DNA of 64,000 nt from an uncultured Bifidobacterium sp. (GCA_964594985.1 CAZQNQ010000018.1:22548-86547); one strand, 5' to 3'; shown: positions 1 through 8,601, numbered from the stretch's first letter. Notes: a model not told the origin generated them from the sequence alone. A program made the numbers and translations.

Positions 1-368
1 TGCGCGAGTTCGAGCGACGCCTGGGAGTTGGCGAGTTCCCCTTCCGCCGAACTCACATTGGCGCGATACGTCGCGGAGTCCAGTTGTGCGATGACCTGGT
101 TCGACTTCACCTCGGAATTGAAATCCACGTAGAGCTTCTGGATGATGCCGGAGATCTGGCTGCCGACCTCGACGTTCAAGACCGGCTTGAGCGTGCCCGT
201 GGCGGTGACCACCTGCGTCACATCGCCGCGCCCGACCTTGACGGTGGTGAATTCCGGCTTCACCTCGCCCTTCTTTTTGAACAGCCAGAAGCCGCCCGCC
301 CCGGCGCCCGCCAGCAGCAGCAATATAATAATCCACTTCAGCACACCTGATTTTTCGTCGTTACCCAT
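1..368 (-). CDS. HlyD/MacA-type efflux periplasmic adaptor subunit, N-terminal part (3' end off window)
   Basis: Not in the ORF track because the window edge truncates it. Manual translation from ATG 368-366: MGNDEKSGVLKWIIILLLLAGAGAGGFWLFKKKGEVKPEFTTVKVGRGDVTQVVTATGTLKPVLNVEVGSQISGIIQKLYVDFNSEVKSNQVIAQLDSATYRANV. This gives a TM anchor followed by the typical adaptor start (V.VgrGdv...v.atGtl.P...veVgSQiSG.I..l.VdfNs.Vk.gQviAqLD). Confidence 0.8.
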   Translation of the reverse strand, partial: MGNDEKSGVLKWIIILLLLAGAGAGGFWLFKKKGEVKPEFTTVKVGRGDVTQVVTATGTLKPVLNVEVGSQISGIIQKLYVDFNSEVKSNQVIAQLDSATYRANVSSAEGELANSQASLELA

Positions 369-492
369 AGTTACAAGACGACATTAGACGCAGAAAATCA
401 CCGAATCGTCAAAAAATCTTCGCAGCCCTGAACGCTTCCGCCTTTTCCCGGTCAATACTCACAATCATCATCACCCGGCCGATTGATCCGAA

Positions 493-1365
493 ATGAAGCA
501 CCACCTCCAGCGCAATCTTGGCTACCTCCTGATCGGAATCGGACTGTTGTTGGCAGCCTGCGGCATCTATGGGCTGACACAGCCGGATGAGTTTCGGGCG
601 ACTGTGCGACTAGCAATCCCTCAGAAAACGCCTCCAGACTTTGATGCCCTCATCAAAAACACTTACGGACTGAGAAGCGAACAAGATTTCAACACCTATA
701 CAACCGCCACAATCCAATCCGACGGTGTTATGAGCAACGTTGTCTGGGAACTCAAACTGGACTCGGAGCAACATATCCAACCGGCCAAGGCCATCGCTGC
801 ATTACGAAAGCGCTTGGAGATTCGCCAAATTCCAAATACTCAGCTCTTTGAGATTACTTTGACCGAAAGAACGCCAGCCCAGGCAGCGAAATGCGCGAAC
901 GCCATCGCGATTGCTTACAAAGCCTGGGTTCTTAATAGACACCAGGCGCTTGTTCAAGGAGGCATCCGAGAATTGAAGCACCAGCTCGAGTTACAACAAC
1001 AAAAAGTTTCAAAACTGGAGACGGAGCTTTCGCAACTGAGGGAAACACTCAAACTGCCCTCACCCGAACCGGCAGAAGCAGAATTAGAAGTCAATTACCC
1101 GGAGTATCGCCAAGCCAAAAATATACTCAATGATGAGAAGCGCATCGAGAGATTGGTTGCTCGCAAGATCAGCATTGAAGAAATCGATCTTCAGTCGCCA
1201 AGCAGCTTCCCACAAATTGTAATCGTCGAGACAGCCGTCCCACCCACCTCTCCGGTGCGCCGGAAAAATTTACTCAGCATAGTTCTGCTAGTTGCGGGAT
1301 TGGGTTGCTGTCGTTGGGGTCTGACGGTTATGCGCGACGCAAAACACATCACCAATATCGCTTAG
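493..1365 (+). CDS. Wzz/GumC-like polysaccharide chain-length determinant domain protein (no kinase domain)
   Basis: N-terminal TM (LGYLLIGIGLLLAACGIYGL). Wzz-type motifs FRATVRLAI, VMSNVVWELKL and FEITLTERTPAQAAKCANAIAIAY. Long coiled coil (LELQQQKVSKLETELSQLRETLK) and C-terminal TM (LLSIVLLVAGLGC). G+C visibly lower than the next gene. Confidence 0.6.
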   Translation: MKHHLQRNLGYLLIGIGLLLAACGIYGLTQPDEFRATVRLAIPQKTPPDFDALIKNTYGLRSEQDFNTYTTATIQSDGVMSNVVWELKLDSEQHIQPAKAIAALRKRLEIRQIPNTQLFEITLTERTPAQAAKCANAIAIAYKAWVLNRHQALVQGGIRELKHQLELQQQKVSKLETELSQLRETLKLPSPEPAEAELEVNYPEYRQAKNILNDEKRIERLVARKISIEEIDLQSPSSFPQIVIVETAVPPTSPVRRKNLLSIVLLVAGLGCCRWGLTVMRDAKHITNIA

Positions 1366-1431
1366 TGCTCCCTCGCTCACATCAACCATTGTCAAACCCC
1401 GGCCATTTCAGAACAATCCCGCGCAGCAAAA

Positions 1432-2505
1432 ATGAATCGCCGCCCCAATCTCATCCCCGCCGCCGTGTTCATCGTCCTCGGACTTGCCCTCGGCAGCTAT
1501 GGCGGGCTGCAGTTGCGTCAGGCTGCGTCACGTTATCAGGCCTCTGCCAGTGTGCGTGTCATCCGGGGCGAGTCGGACCTCGCCAAACTTCCCGCCGCCG
1601 CCTCGGACCTCGTGTTCCAGCAAAACGAATCCGAAGTCAGCCGCTCCGAAACCGTCCTCACCAAGGTCGTCGTCAAACTCGATCTGGCGCGCGAATGGGG
1701 CAAAGCTCGTGGCGGCGAACCCCTCCCGACCGCCGAAGCCGTGGCGGAGTTGCGCAAACGTGTCAGCGTGGTTGAGCAATCCGGCTCGGCCTTGTTGCAG
1801 ATCGCGGCAATCGGAGAAACTCCCGCGCAAGCCCAGACGCTGGCGAACACCTGGGCCGACGCGTTTTGCGAAGCACGCCTGGAACGGCGGCAACAAGCCG
1901 CGCGGGAAGTGATGGATTCCCTCGCCGCTCCCTACCAAGAGAACGAAGCGAAATTCCAACGCGCCGCGGAACGCGTCACCAAAGCCCGCACGGCGCTTGA
2001 TCCCGCCGTGCGGCATCTGGAGTCTCCACCGCTGCCGACTGAGAGCCCGGAGTTGCGCGAGTTGCGCCAGGAATCCGCCCGGATGACCATGATCGTCATG
2101 GTCCAGTCCAATCAACTCGCCCGCAGCCAATCCCTGCCTCCCGCCGACCTGCAAAAGCTGGCCGATCAATTCACGCGCACAACGAATCATGTCAACGAGT
2201 TGGAGGCCATGATCCAGGCCGAGATGCAAAAGCAGGAGGCGTTGCAAAATTTCTGGGATGCCCAACAGGAATTGGATCAGGTCAACATCGTCCTCACGCC
2301 GCTGCAGAAAGCGATGGCCGAACAGCGCACCGTGGCCGAAGCCACCAACAATCCCCCTGCCATCGTCGCCGAGCCGGCGGACTCCGCGAAAAAATTGCCC
2401 GCCCGCAATCCGGTTGCCTTCGGCTGTCTCATCGGCGCGGTGGTGATGCTGTTGGGCGGGGCAAAACTGTTGGGCACGAGCGGCCCAACCAAGGCCGACA
2501 CATAG
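1432..2505 (+). CDS. Wzz/GumC-like polysaccharide chain-length determinant domain protein, paralog of the previous gene
   Basis: Same architecture. N-terminal TM (AAVFIVLGLALGSYGGL); YQASASVRVI; SRSETVLTKVVVKLDL; LLQIAAIGETPAQAQTLANTWADAF; coiled-coil middle; C-terminal TM (FGCLIGAVVMLLGGA). Confidence 0.6.
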   Translation: MNRRPNLIPAAVFIVLGLALGSYGGLQLRQAASRYQASASVRVIRGESDLAKLPAAASDLVFQQNESEVSRSETVLTKVVVKLDLAREWGKARGGEPLPTAEAVAELRKRVSVVEQSGSALLQIAAIGETPAQAQTLANTWADAFCEARLERRQQAAREVMDSLAAPYQENEAKFQRAAERVTKARTALDPAVRHLESPPLPTESPELRELRQESARMTMIVMVQSNQLARSQSLPPADLQKLADQFTRTTNHVNELEAMIQAEMQKQEALQNFWDAQQELDQVNIVLTPLQKAMAEQRTVAEATNNPPAIVAEPADSAKKLPARNPVAFGCLIGAVVMLLGGAKLLGTSGPTKADT

Positions 2506-2580
2506 AGCACCCTTCAAAAGCATATCGGAAACGAGGTACCAGTGCCCTCCTTTCCCAGTCCTTTCCAATGAACCGGAGCG

Positions 2581-2644
2581 CCTCCTCTCCCCGTCCCTCT
2601 CCCCATCGGATGGGGAGAGGGTGGCCGGGAGGCCGGGTGAGGGG
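2581..2644. repeat. Palindromic 'PSDGER' repeat, copy 1 (intergenic)
   Basis: cctcctctccccgtCCCTCTCCCCAtcggaTGGGGAGAGGGtggccgggaggccgggtgagggg. Inner 11-13 bp perfect stem plus an outer stem. Related copies at 24656-24717 and 63712-63773, with the asymmetric bulge on the same side in all three. Confidence 0.85.
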
Positions 2645-2664
2645 AATCCATTTCCGACGAACAT

Positions 2665-3780
2665 TTGGAGGACTGTTCCAACATTTGCACTTTGCTCATC
2701 GCGCGCCGCGCTTATGCTAGCGCCGTGCTCGACACCCTGACGCAACAACTGGACCGCGCCGAATCGCTCACCACTGCGCAAATCGCCGCCGCCGTGGTCG
2801 AACTCATCGCCGAATCGGTTTCCATCGAAAGCAAAGCCGCGTTCCTCACCGCGTTGGCCCAGAAAGGCGAAACGCCCGACGAAATCGCCGCGTTCGCGAA
2901 GGAAATCCAGTCGCGCTCGATCCAGCCGCCGCTCGATCCGGCCACCCGCGCCGGGGAAATCCTCGACGTCTGCGGCACGGGCGGCGATCACGTCGGCACG
3001 TTTAACATCTCGACCACCGTCGCCATCGTGTGCGCGGCGGCGGGCGTCGTCGTCGCCAAGCACGGCAATCGGGCCGTCACCTCCAAATCCGGCAGCGCGG
3101 ACGTGCTCGAAGCGCTCGGCATCCGCGTGGACCTGTCGCCCGCCGAAGCCGCCGTCGCCTTGCGCGACCACCATTTCGCTTTCATCTTCGCCCCAAACTA
3201 TCATCCGGCGTTCAAGCACATCGCCCCGGCACGCAAACTCTGCGCCGAACGGAAGCAGCGGACCATTTTCAATTTCCTCGGCCCGCTGTTGAATCCGATC
3301 CGCCCGACCGCGCAACTGCTCGGCGTGCCCAAGGCCGAACTCTGCGAACCGCTCGCGCGCGTGTTGCAATCGCTCGGCCTGCGCCGCGGTATGGTGGTTT
3401 CGGGAACAGTCCCAAGTCCCGAGCCCAACAAGGTTCAAGGTCTCGATGAACTTTCCACGCTCGGCCTGAACACCGTCGCGGAGTTTTATCAGGAACGCGG
3501 CTTCGCCACTTCCACGCTCGACCCGAAGGAATTTCCACTGCAACCCGCGACCCGCGCCGATTTGCACGGCGGTGACCGTGAAGTGAACGCGGAAATCATC
3601 CGCCAGCTTTTGTCCGGCAAAGATCGCGGCCCGAAGCTGGACGCGGTATTGTTGAATGCCGGTGCGGCGTTGTTCGTGGCCGGGCGTGTCCGTTCGATGG
3701 CCGAGGGCTGGGAATTGACGGCGAGCGTGATTGCGGAAGGGAAGGCGTGGGCAAAGCTGGAGCAATTGCGGTCGCGGTGA
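2665..3780 (+). CDS. trpD: Anthranilate phosphoribosyltransferase
   Basis: GTGGDHVGTFNISTTVAIVCAAAGVVVAKHGNRAVTSKSGSADVLEALG and FIFAPNYHPAFKHIAPARKLCAERKQRTIFNFLGPLLNP are classic TrpD blocks. The track start 2665 is TTG; an in-frame GTG at 2725 (VLDTLTQQL) is an equally plausible start. Confidence 0.9.
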   Translation: MEDCSNICTLLIARRAYASAVLDTLTQQLDRAESLTTAQIAAAVVELIAESVSIESKAAFLTALAQKGETPDEIAAFAKEIQSRSIQPPLDPATRAGEILDVCGTGGDHVGTFNISTTVAIVCAAAGVVVAKHGNRAVTSKSGSADVLEALGIRVDLSPAEAAVALRDHHFAFIFAPNYHPAFKHIAPARKLCAERKQRTIFNFLGPLLNPIRPTAQLLGVPKAELCEPLARVLQSLGLRRGMVVSGTVPSPEPNKVQGLDELSTLGLNTVAEFYQERGFATSTLDPKEFPLQPATRADLHGGDREVNAEIIRQLLSGKDRGPKLDAVLLNAGAALFVAGRVRSMAEGWELTASVIAEGKAWAKLEQLRSR

Positions 3781-3788
3781 TTTCTCCC

Positions 3789-3868
3789 GGGAGCGCTGGC
3801 GTCTCGCCGGCGAGTCCCAGCTCCAATATCAGTCGGCGACAACTTGCCGGCGAGACGCCAGCGCTCCC
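3789..3868. repeat. Long G+C-rich hairpin (23-bp perfect arms), possible terminator or repeat element after trpD
   Basis: GGGAGCGCTGGCGTCTCGCCGGC (3789-3811) is the exact reverse complement of GCCGGCGAGACGCCAGCGCTCCC (3846-3868), with a 34-nt loop. It starts 9 nt after the trpD stop. Same design as the hairpins at 21797-21869 and 40775-40908. Confidence 0.75.
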
Positions 3869-3954
3869 AGGCGCTTTGGTTTCTGCGCTTGCCTTCCCCG
3901 GCCCGACTCGCTAGGGAATACGGCGGCGACGGCAGTCACCAACCCAAAATCACC

Positions 3955-4812
3955 ATGTATAAAATCATCGGAGTGGACGGGAAGGAGTATGGCCCCGTCA
4001 GTCTCGACCAGTTACGCCAGTGGCTCGCTCAGGCCCGGGTCAATGGCGACACAAAAGTAAAAGCCGAAGGCGACCCCGAATGGCAAACGTTGAAAACATT
4101 GCCAGCGCTGGCCGATGCCTTCGCAAAACCACCCCCGATCATGGCTCCCGGAACCAGCCCGGCCAAAACCAGCGGTTGGGCCATCACCTCGCTCGTGCTC
4201 GGCATCCTGGGTTTCTTCAGTTGCGGCATCGCGGCGGTCTTCGGTCTGGTGGCCGGCATCGTTGGCCTGAAGAAAATCAAAAACAGCGAAGGTCGTTTGA
4301 CCGGCTCTGGACTGGCGATCGCGGGCATTGTCGTTTCGGGCCTCATGATCCTGATGCTGCCTTTGTTCGCAGCGATGCTGCTGCCCGCCCTGGCCAAGGC
4401 CAAAGCCAAGGCGCAAAACATCAGTTGCATAAACAACGCCAGGCAAATCGCCCTCGGCGTAATGATCTATGCCACCGACAACACCAATTGTCCCAATGCC
4501 GCCACCTGGTGCGACGCCATTCTGCCCGAGGTCGGCAACCAACAGGTTTTTCTCTGCAAAGCAGGAAACGAAAATGACCGCAGCCACTATGCCTACAATG
4601 CCAAGTTGAGCGGCGTGGATCTCGACCAGATAAAAAACCCGGCCACGACCGTGATGATCTTTGAGACCAGCGGCGGCTGGAATCAAAGTGGCGGCCCGGA
4701 GTTGCTGCTCGCCATTCCCCGCCACAATCGTGGAATTGTCGTCGGGTTTGTGGATGGGCACGTTGAAACGATTACGGAACCCCAATTCGCGCGGTTGAAT
4801 TGGGAGCCATGA
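3955..4812 (+). CDS. GYF_2 (DUF4339-like) domain membrane protein with DUF4190-like TM segment and pilin-like H-X9-DG C-terminal domain
   Basis: N-terminal module MYKIIGVDGKEYGPVSLDQLRQWLAQARVNGDTKVKAEGDPEWQTLKTLP. TM helices WAITSLVLGILGFFSCG and GLAIAGIVVSGLMIL. Pilin-like helix LLPALAKAKAKAQNISCINNARQIALG. C-terminal HNRGIVVGFVDGH matches H-X9-DG. ATG 3955 is preferred over the track start 3844, which lies inside the hairpin repeat. Confidence 0.8.
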   Translation: MYKIIGVDGKEYGPVSLDQLRQWLAQARVNGDTKVKAEGDPEWQTLKTLPALADAFAKPPPIMAPGTSPAKTSGWAITSLVLGILGFFSCGIAAVFGLVAGIVGLKKIKNSEGRLTGSGLAIAGIVVSGLMILMLPLFAAMLLPALAKAKAKAQNISCINNARQIALGVMIYATDNTNCPNAATWCDAILPEVGNQQVFLCKAGNENDRSHYAYNAKLSGVDLDQIKNPATTVMIFETSGGWNQSGGPELLLAIPRHNRGIVVGFVDGHVETITEPQFARLNWEP

Positions 4813-4847
4813 ATCGGGCGGAGTTCAACCATTAACTGGATCACATC

Positions 4848-5306
4848 ATGTATAAAATCATCGGCGCGGATGGAAAAGAGTATGGTCCGATCAGTCCGGA
4901 TCAATTGCGCGATTGGCTCCGGCAGGGCCGCGTGGGACCGCAGACTCCGGGGCGCCCGGAATCCGGCGGTGATTGGCGGCCGCTCTCCAGTTATCCCGAG
5001 TTCAATTTCGCGCCCGGCCTGGCCCCGCTGGCGCCACCCACCCTCGCTGACCGGGCTTCCAAGAAAATTGCCGCGGGCGTCTGCGGCATTTTGCTCGGCA
5101 CACTGGGTATCCACAAATTCATCCTCGGCTATACGGGGGCTGGGCTGGTCATGTTATTGGTCGGCGTTTTAGGAGGGATACTTACTTGTGGGGTCGCTTC
5201 ATTTGTCATTTGGATCATCGGCCTGATCGAAGGAATCCTGTATCTCACCAAATCCGACGAGGAGTTCGTGCGGACCTACGTGGACGGTCGCAAAGAATGG
5301 TTTTGA
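4848..5306 (+). CDS. GYF_2 domain protein fused to TM2 domain
   Basis: MYKIIGADGKEYGPISPDQLRDWLRQGRV..., then the TM2 signature KKIAAGVCGILLGTLGIHKFILGYTGAGLVMLLVGVLGG...IWIIGLIEGILYL. Confidence 0.8.
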   Translation: MYKIIGADGKEYGPISPDQLRDWLRQGRVGPQTPGRPESGGDWRPLSSYPEFNFAPGLAPLAPPTLADRASKKIAAGVCGILLGTLGIHKFILGYTGAGLVMLLVGVLGGILTCGVASFVIWIIGLIEGILYLTKSDEEFVRTYVDGRKEWF

Positions 5307-5339
5307 GCGCAGCAAACGGCAGACAACAATCATCACATC

Positions 5340-5807
5340 ATGTATAAAATCATTGGATCCGACGGAAAGGAATACGGCCCGATCAGCCTGGAGCAATTGA
5401 AACAATGGCTGCTGGAAGGCCGGTTGAACAAACAAACCAAGGTGCTGCCGGAAGGTGCCACCGATTGGCGCACCGTGGGCGAACTCCCCGAGTTGGACGT
5501 CATCATGCCCCCCGCCGCACCGCCGAACTTCAGTTCCCTCCGCACTGGCGCGGACATCCCCAACTATCTCTGGCAATCCATCGCCATCACCGTGTGCTGC
5601 TGTCTGCCCTTCGGCATTGTGGCGATTGTTTATGCGGCCCAGGTCAAATCGAAAGCCAGCATCGGCGACATCGCCGGCGCGCAGGAGGCGTCGAACAAAG
5701 CCAAGATGTGGTGCTGGATCGGCTTTGGCATCGGCATCGTGATCAACATCATCGTGATCGCGTTGCAATTCATCGCCATCGGCGCCAGCAGCGGGCGCAA
5801 CCTGTAG
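5340..5807 (+). CDS. GYF_2 domain protein fused to CD225/dispanin (interferon-induced TM protein-like) domain
   Basis: MYKIIGSDGKEYGPISLEQLKQWLLEGRL..., then the CD225 signature PNYLWQSIAITVCCCLPFGIVAIVYAAQVKSKASIGDIAGAQEASNKAKMWCWIGFGIG. Confidence 0.8.
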   Translation: MYKIIGSDGKEYGPISLEQLKQWLLEGRLNKQTKVLPEGATDWRTVGELPELDVIMPPAAPPNFSSLRTGADIPNYLWQSIAITVCCCLPFGIVAIVYAAQVKSKASIGDIAGAQEASNKAKMWCWIGFGIGIVINIIVIALQFIAIGASSGRNL

Positions 5808-5814
5808 AGAATCC

Positions 5815-6249
5815 ATGAATCCCACCGGCTTGACCACGCCCGCCCCCCGACCGCCGCTGAGTCGCGGGGTGTGCTGGAGCGTGGTCGGGCTGGCGGGAAT
5901 TGTCGCACTGTTCGTGTTCTTCCGCTACAGCCCGACCGAGCACAACTTTTTTCCGCGCTGCGTCTTTCATCTGGTCAGCGGCTGGGATTGCCCCGGCTGC
6001 GGCGGCCAACGCGCGCTGCATCAATTGCTGCACGGCAACCTCGGCCTCGCCCTGCGTCAAAACGCGCTGTTCATCCTGCTGCTGCCGGTCGGTGGCTGGT
6101 ATTTGCTCCGCTTTGTTTTGCAGAAATCCACCGGTCGCACCCTGCCCTCGCCCTTCAGTCATCACCTTTGGCCGTGGATTCTCTGCGTCATCGTGATCAG
6201 CTTCGGCCTCGTGCGCAATCTCCCGGGCTTCGACTGGCTGCGCCCGTGA
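5815..6249 (+). CDS. DUF2752 domain membrane protein
   Basis: CVFHLVSGWDCPGCGGQRALHQLLHGNLGLALRQNALFILLLP matches the DUF2752 core (CP..tG..CPgCG.tRa). The start is 8 nt after the previous stop. Confidence 0.75.
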   Translation: MNPTGLTTPAPRPPLSRGVCWSVVGLAGIVALFVFFRYSPTEHNFFPRCVFHLVSGWDCPGCGGQRALHQLLHGNLGLALRQNALFILLLPVGGWYLLRFVLQKSTGRTLPSPFSHHLWPWILCVIVISFGLVRNLPGFDWLRP

Positions 6250-6259
6250 CTCCCGCCGC

Positions 6260-6661
6260 ATGAAGTTCACCCTGCGCCTCGGCGATGGTCACAATCTGGC
6301 CCGCGAACACGCCTGGGCCTGTTGCACCACGAACTTCGCCTTCCCTGGCAGCGGCTCATTGCTGGCGGGACGCCGGGTCGGTTATCTCCAGCTCGCCCTC
6401 ACGCTGACCGGCTTTACGCTGACCACGTGGTTCGGCCTCAAATTCACCGTTTGGGGAATCCGCCACTTACCCGAACTGCTCCAACCCACGGGCGACCCGC
6501 TCGATAACTTGCTCATGGTCTGGCATGAATGCCGATGGGCGCTGGCCGGGCTGGGCTTGTTTGGCATGGCGTGGATCTGGGCGCTCCTGACCAGCATGGG
6601 AATTCTCCGCGCCGCCCGGTCTCAAGCTGCTCCCGGTGCAAAGCCCCCCGTCATCCGCTGA
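6260..6661 (+). CDS. Hypothetical multi-pass membrane protein (last gene of the GYF operon)
   Basis: 133-aa ORF with GC3-rich codon usage and about 3 predicted TM helices (YLQLALTLTGFTLTTWFGL; WALAGLGLFGMAWIWALLT). Starts 11 nt after the DUF2752 stop. I recognise no family. Confidence 0.55.
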   Translation: MKFTLRLGDGHNLAREHAWACCTTNFAFPGSGSLLAGRRVGYLQLALTLTGFTLTTWFGLKFTVWGIRHLPELLQPTGDPLDNLLMVWHECRWALAGLGLFGMAWIWALLTSMGILRAARSQAAPGAKPPVIR

Positions 6662-6721
6662 TAAAGTCGGTGCGCCGCCCCGCTGAATTTTCAACGGCTC
6701 TTAGTTGCAACCAAATTTCCG

Positions 6722-6749
6722 TTGACGGGTTTGAGAGCCGCGCTAGGAT
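6722..6749 (+). promoter_or_regulatory. Candidate sigma70-type promoter for the PEP-CTERM gene
   Basis: TTGACG (6722-6727), 16 nt spacer, TAGGAT (6744-6749), about 60 nt upstream of ATG 6813. The same TTGAC[GT]-N16-18-TAnGnT pattern recurs at 7658, 24830 and 21648 (minus strand). Confidence 0.3.
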
Positions 6750-6812
6750 TGCGCCGAACTCAGGATCAAACTTGGGCAGATACTTGGGCAGAAATTTGAT
6801 CCACCAACTCGT

Positions 6813-7538
6813 ATGAAATCGCTAAAACTGGGCCTCTTACTACTACTTTGTGGCGGCATAACGATGTCGTCCTTTGCGCAAAGCAACGTTTACTCCATCA
6901 ACATCGTTGGCTACATCAACCGGACCCTTTTCCCGGGAAACAATCTCATCGCCAATCAACTGATTGCTTCCCCCAACCATTCCATCAACAACATTCTGCT
7001 GGGTGTGGCGGATGGCGCGACCTTCACCAAATGGGACGCCTCGGCCAACACCTTTTTGCCACTCTCCGTCTTCAGCCTCAGCAGCCAGACGTGGTCCATC
7101 AACTACGACCTGAATCTGGGCGAAGGCGCGCTGCTGCATTCGCCTTCGTTCACCATCAATACTTTCGTTGGCAACGTCGCGAATTACACCAACATCGTTG
7201 ACCTTGGTCCGGGCGGACAGTCCTGGTCGCCCAACTATGCCGACGGTCTTCACCTGATCGCCTGCCCCGTGCCCGTGGGCGGCCCCGTCAGCACAATGTT
7301 CGAGAAGGTCACCGGACGCGCGGCTCAAGCGGGCGAATCGGTCAGCATCCTCAATGAAGCCTCTCAAACTTACATCACCGCCACCTTTGACGGTTTCAGT
7401 TGGGATAACGATCCGAACCTGGGCGTCGCGCAAGCCGCTTGGTTCAATCTCGGTCCGGTGAATGTTCCCGAACCCTCCAGCATGGCGCTCGCGGGCCTGG
7501 CGTTCGGCGCACTGCTGGCCGTCCGCCGCCGGCGTTGA
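6813..7538 (+). CDS. PEP-CTERM sorting-domain secreted protein
   Basis: Signal peptide MKSLKLGLLLLLCGGITMSSFAQS. C-terminal VPEPSSMALAGLAFGALLAVRRRR (PEP motif, TM helix, basic tail). Confidence 0.85.
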   Translation: MKSLKLGLLLLLCGGITMSSFAQSNVYSINIVGYINRTLFPGNNLIANQLIASPNHSINNILLGVADGATFTKWDASANTFLPLSVFSLSSQTWSINYDLNLGEGALLHSPSFTINTFVGNVANYTNIVDLGPGGQSWSPNYADGLHLIACPVPVGGPVSTMFEKVTGRAAQAGESVSILNEASQTYITATFDGFSWDNDPNLGVAQAAWFNLGPVNVPEPSSMALAGLAFGALLAVRRRR

Positions 7539-7563
7539 TTTTCCACTCCTGCTTTACAGATTC

Positions 7564-7598
7564 AGGTCAGGTCGTATTCGGCCTGACCTTTTTCTTTG
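7564..7598 (+). terminator. Rho-independent terminator candidate
   Basis: AGGTCAGG (7564-7571), 10-nt loop, CCTGACCT (7582-7589), then TTTTTCTTTG. Located 26 nt after the PEP-CTERM gene stop. Confidence 0.55.
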
Positions 7599-7657
7599 CC
7601 GCAATCGCTTGAGTATTGGCAGAAATTGGCAAACTCAGACTCCACGTTGCCCCCGCG

Positions 7658-7686
7658 TTGACGCTCCCCGCCGAAAAGCCTACGCT
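7658..7686 (+). promoter_or_regulatory. Candidate sigma70-type promoter for the fumarase alpha gene
   Basis: TTGACG (7658-7663), 17 nt spacer, TACGCT (7681-7686). This would give a very short leader before ATG 7698. Confidence 0.3.
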
Positions 7687-7697
7687 GAGACTGCATT

Positions 7698-8576
7698 ATG
7701 AGTGAACTGCTGAATTCCCTGATCGAGCTGATCCGTCGCACGTCCGCCGAAATTCCCGACGACGTCCACAAGGCCATCCTCACGTCGCTCGAGAACGAGA
7801 AGAAGGATTCCCTCGCGCAAAACGCCCTCAAGATCGTGGACCAGAACATCGCGCTCGCAAAAAACAAATCGCAGCCCATCTGTCAGGACACCGGCAGCAT
7901 TTTGTTCTACGTGGATGTGCCGGTCGGTTACGACCAGATCACGTTCGCCGAGACCGCGCGCGAAGCCGTGAAAGCCGCGACCAAGAAAGGTTATCTCCGC
8001 CAAAACTCCGTGGATTCGCTCACCGGCAAGAACGACGGCACGAACTGCGGCCCGGGCGCGCCCGCGTTTCACTTTCATCAACATCGCGCGCCGGAGATTT
8101 CCGTGAAGCTCGCGCTCAAGGGCGGCGGTTGCGAAAACGTCGGCGCGCAATACTCGCTGCCCGACGACGGCCTCCACGCGAATCGCGACCTCGACGGCTG
8201 TCGCAAGGCGATCCTCGACGCGGTGTTGCAGGCGCAGGGCAAAGGCTGCGGCCCGGGCATTCTCGGCGTGTGCATCGGCGGCGACCGCGCCACGGGCTAC
8301 GAGATGAGCAAAACCCAATTCCTCCGGCGCCTCGACGACCGCAATGCCGAACCCAAACTCGATGCGCTCGAACAGGACGTTTTGAAAACCGCGAACGAAC
8401 TCGGCATCGGCCCGATGGGTTTCGGCGGCAAGACGACATTGCTGGGCGTGAAAATCTGCACGGCCAACCGCGTGCCCGCGTCGTATTTCGTGAGCGTCAG
8501 CTACATGTGCTGGGCCTTCCGCCGCCAGGGCGTGACGCTGGATGCGGACGGGAAGGTCGGGAAGTGGTTGTATTGA
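7698..8576 (+). CDS. Class I (Fe-S) fumarate hydratase / L(+)-tartrate dehydratase, alpha (N-terminal domain) subunit
   Basis: KNKSQPICQDTGSILFYVDVP, and later ALKGGGCENVGAQYSL and MGFGGKTTLLGVKI, are typical of the Fumerase N-terminal domain. At 292 aa this is the alpha subunit only; no beta subunit gene is seen in the window. Confidence 0.85.
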   Translation: MSELLNSLIELIRRTSAEIPDDVHKAILTSLENEKKDSLAQNALKIVDQNIALAKNKSQPICQDTGSILFYVDVPVGYDQITFAETAREAVKAATKKGYLRQNSVDSLTGKNDGTNCGPGAPAFHFHQHRAPEISVKLALKGGGCENVGAQYSLPDDGLHANRDLDGCRKAILDAVLQAQGKGCGPGILGVCIGGDRATGYEMSKTQFLRRLDDRNAEPKLDALEQDVLKTANELGIGPMGFGGKTTLLGVKICTANRVPASYFVSVSYMCWAFRRQGVTLDADGKVGKWLY

Positions 8577-8601
8577 GCAAAGCAGCTCAATGCCCCGCTT
8601 T

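Noticed and set aside
1528-3765. 745-aa ORF on the minus strand spanning wzz-2, the repeat and trpD
   Set aside because: It is antisense to two well-supported genes. The product is Arg/Gly/His/Ala-rich with no recognisable domain, which is typical of a high-G+C shadow ORF.
2665-3780. A trp operon around trpD
   Set aside because: No trpE/G/C/B/A-like ORFs flank it. trpD is solitary here, between a Wzz-like gene and the GYF operon.
3844-3954. Upstream-extended starts given by the ORF track (3844, 9813, 18298, 18970, 19909, 21565, 24628, 33547, 35426, 35857, 36581, 46600, 53034, 60402, 60491, 63086)
   Set aside because: The extensions run through repeats or intergenic sequence and often use TTG/GTG. 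Internal ATGs followed directly by signal peptides, lipoboxes or conserved N-termini give better gene models.
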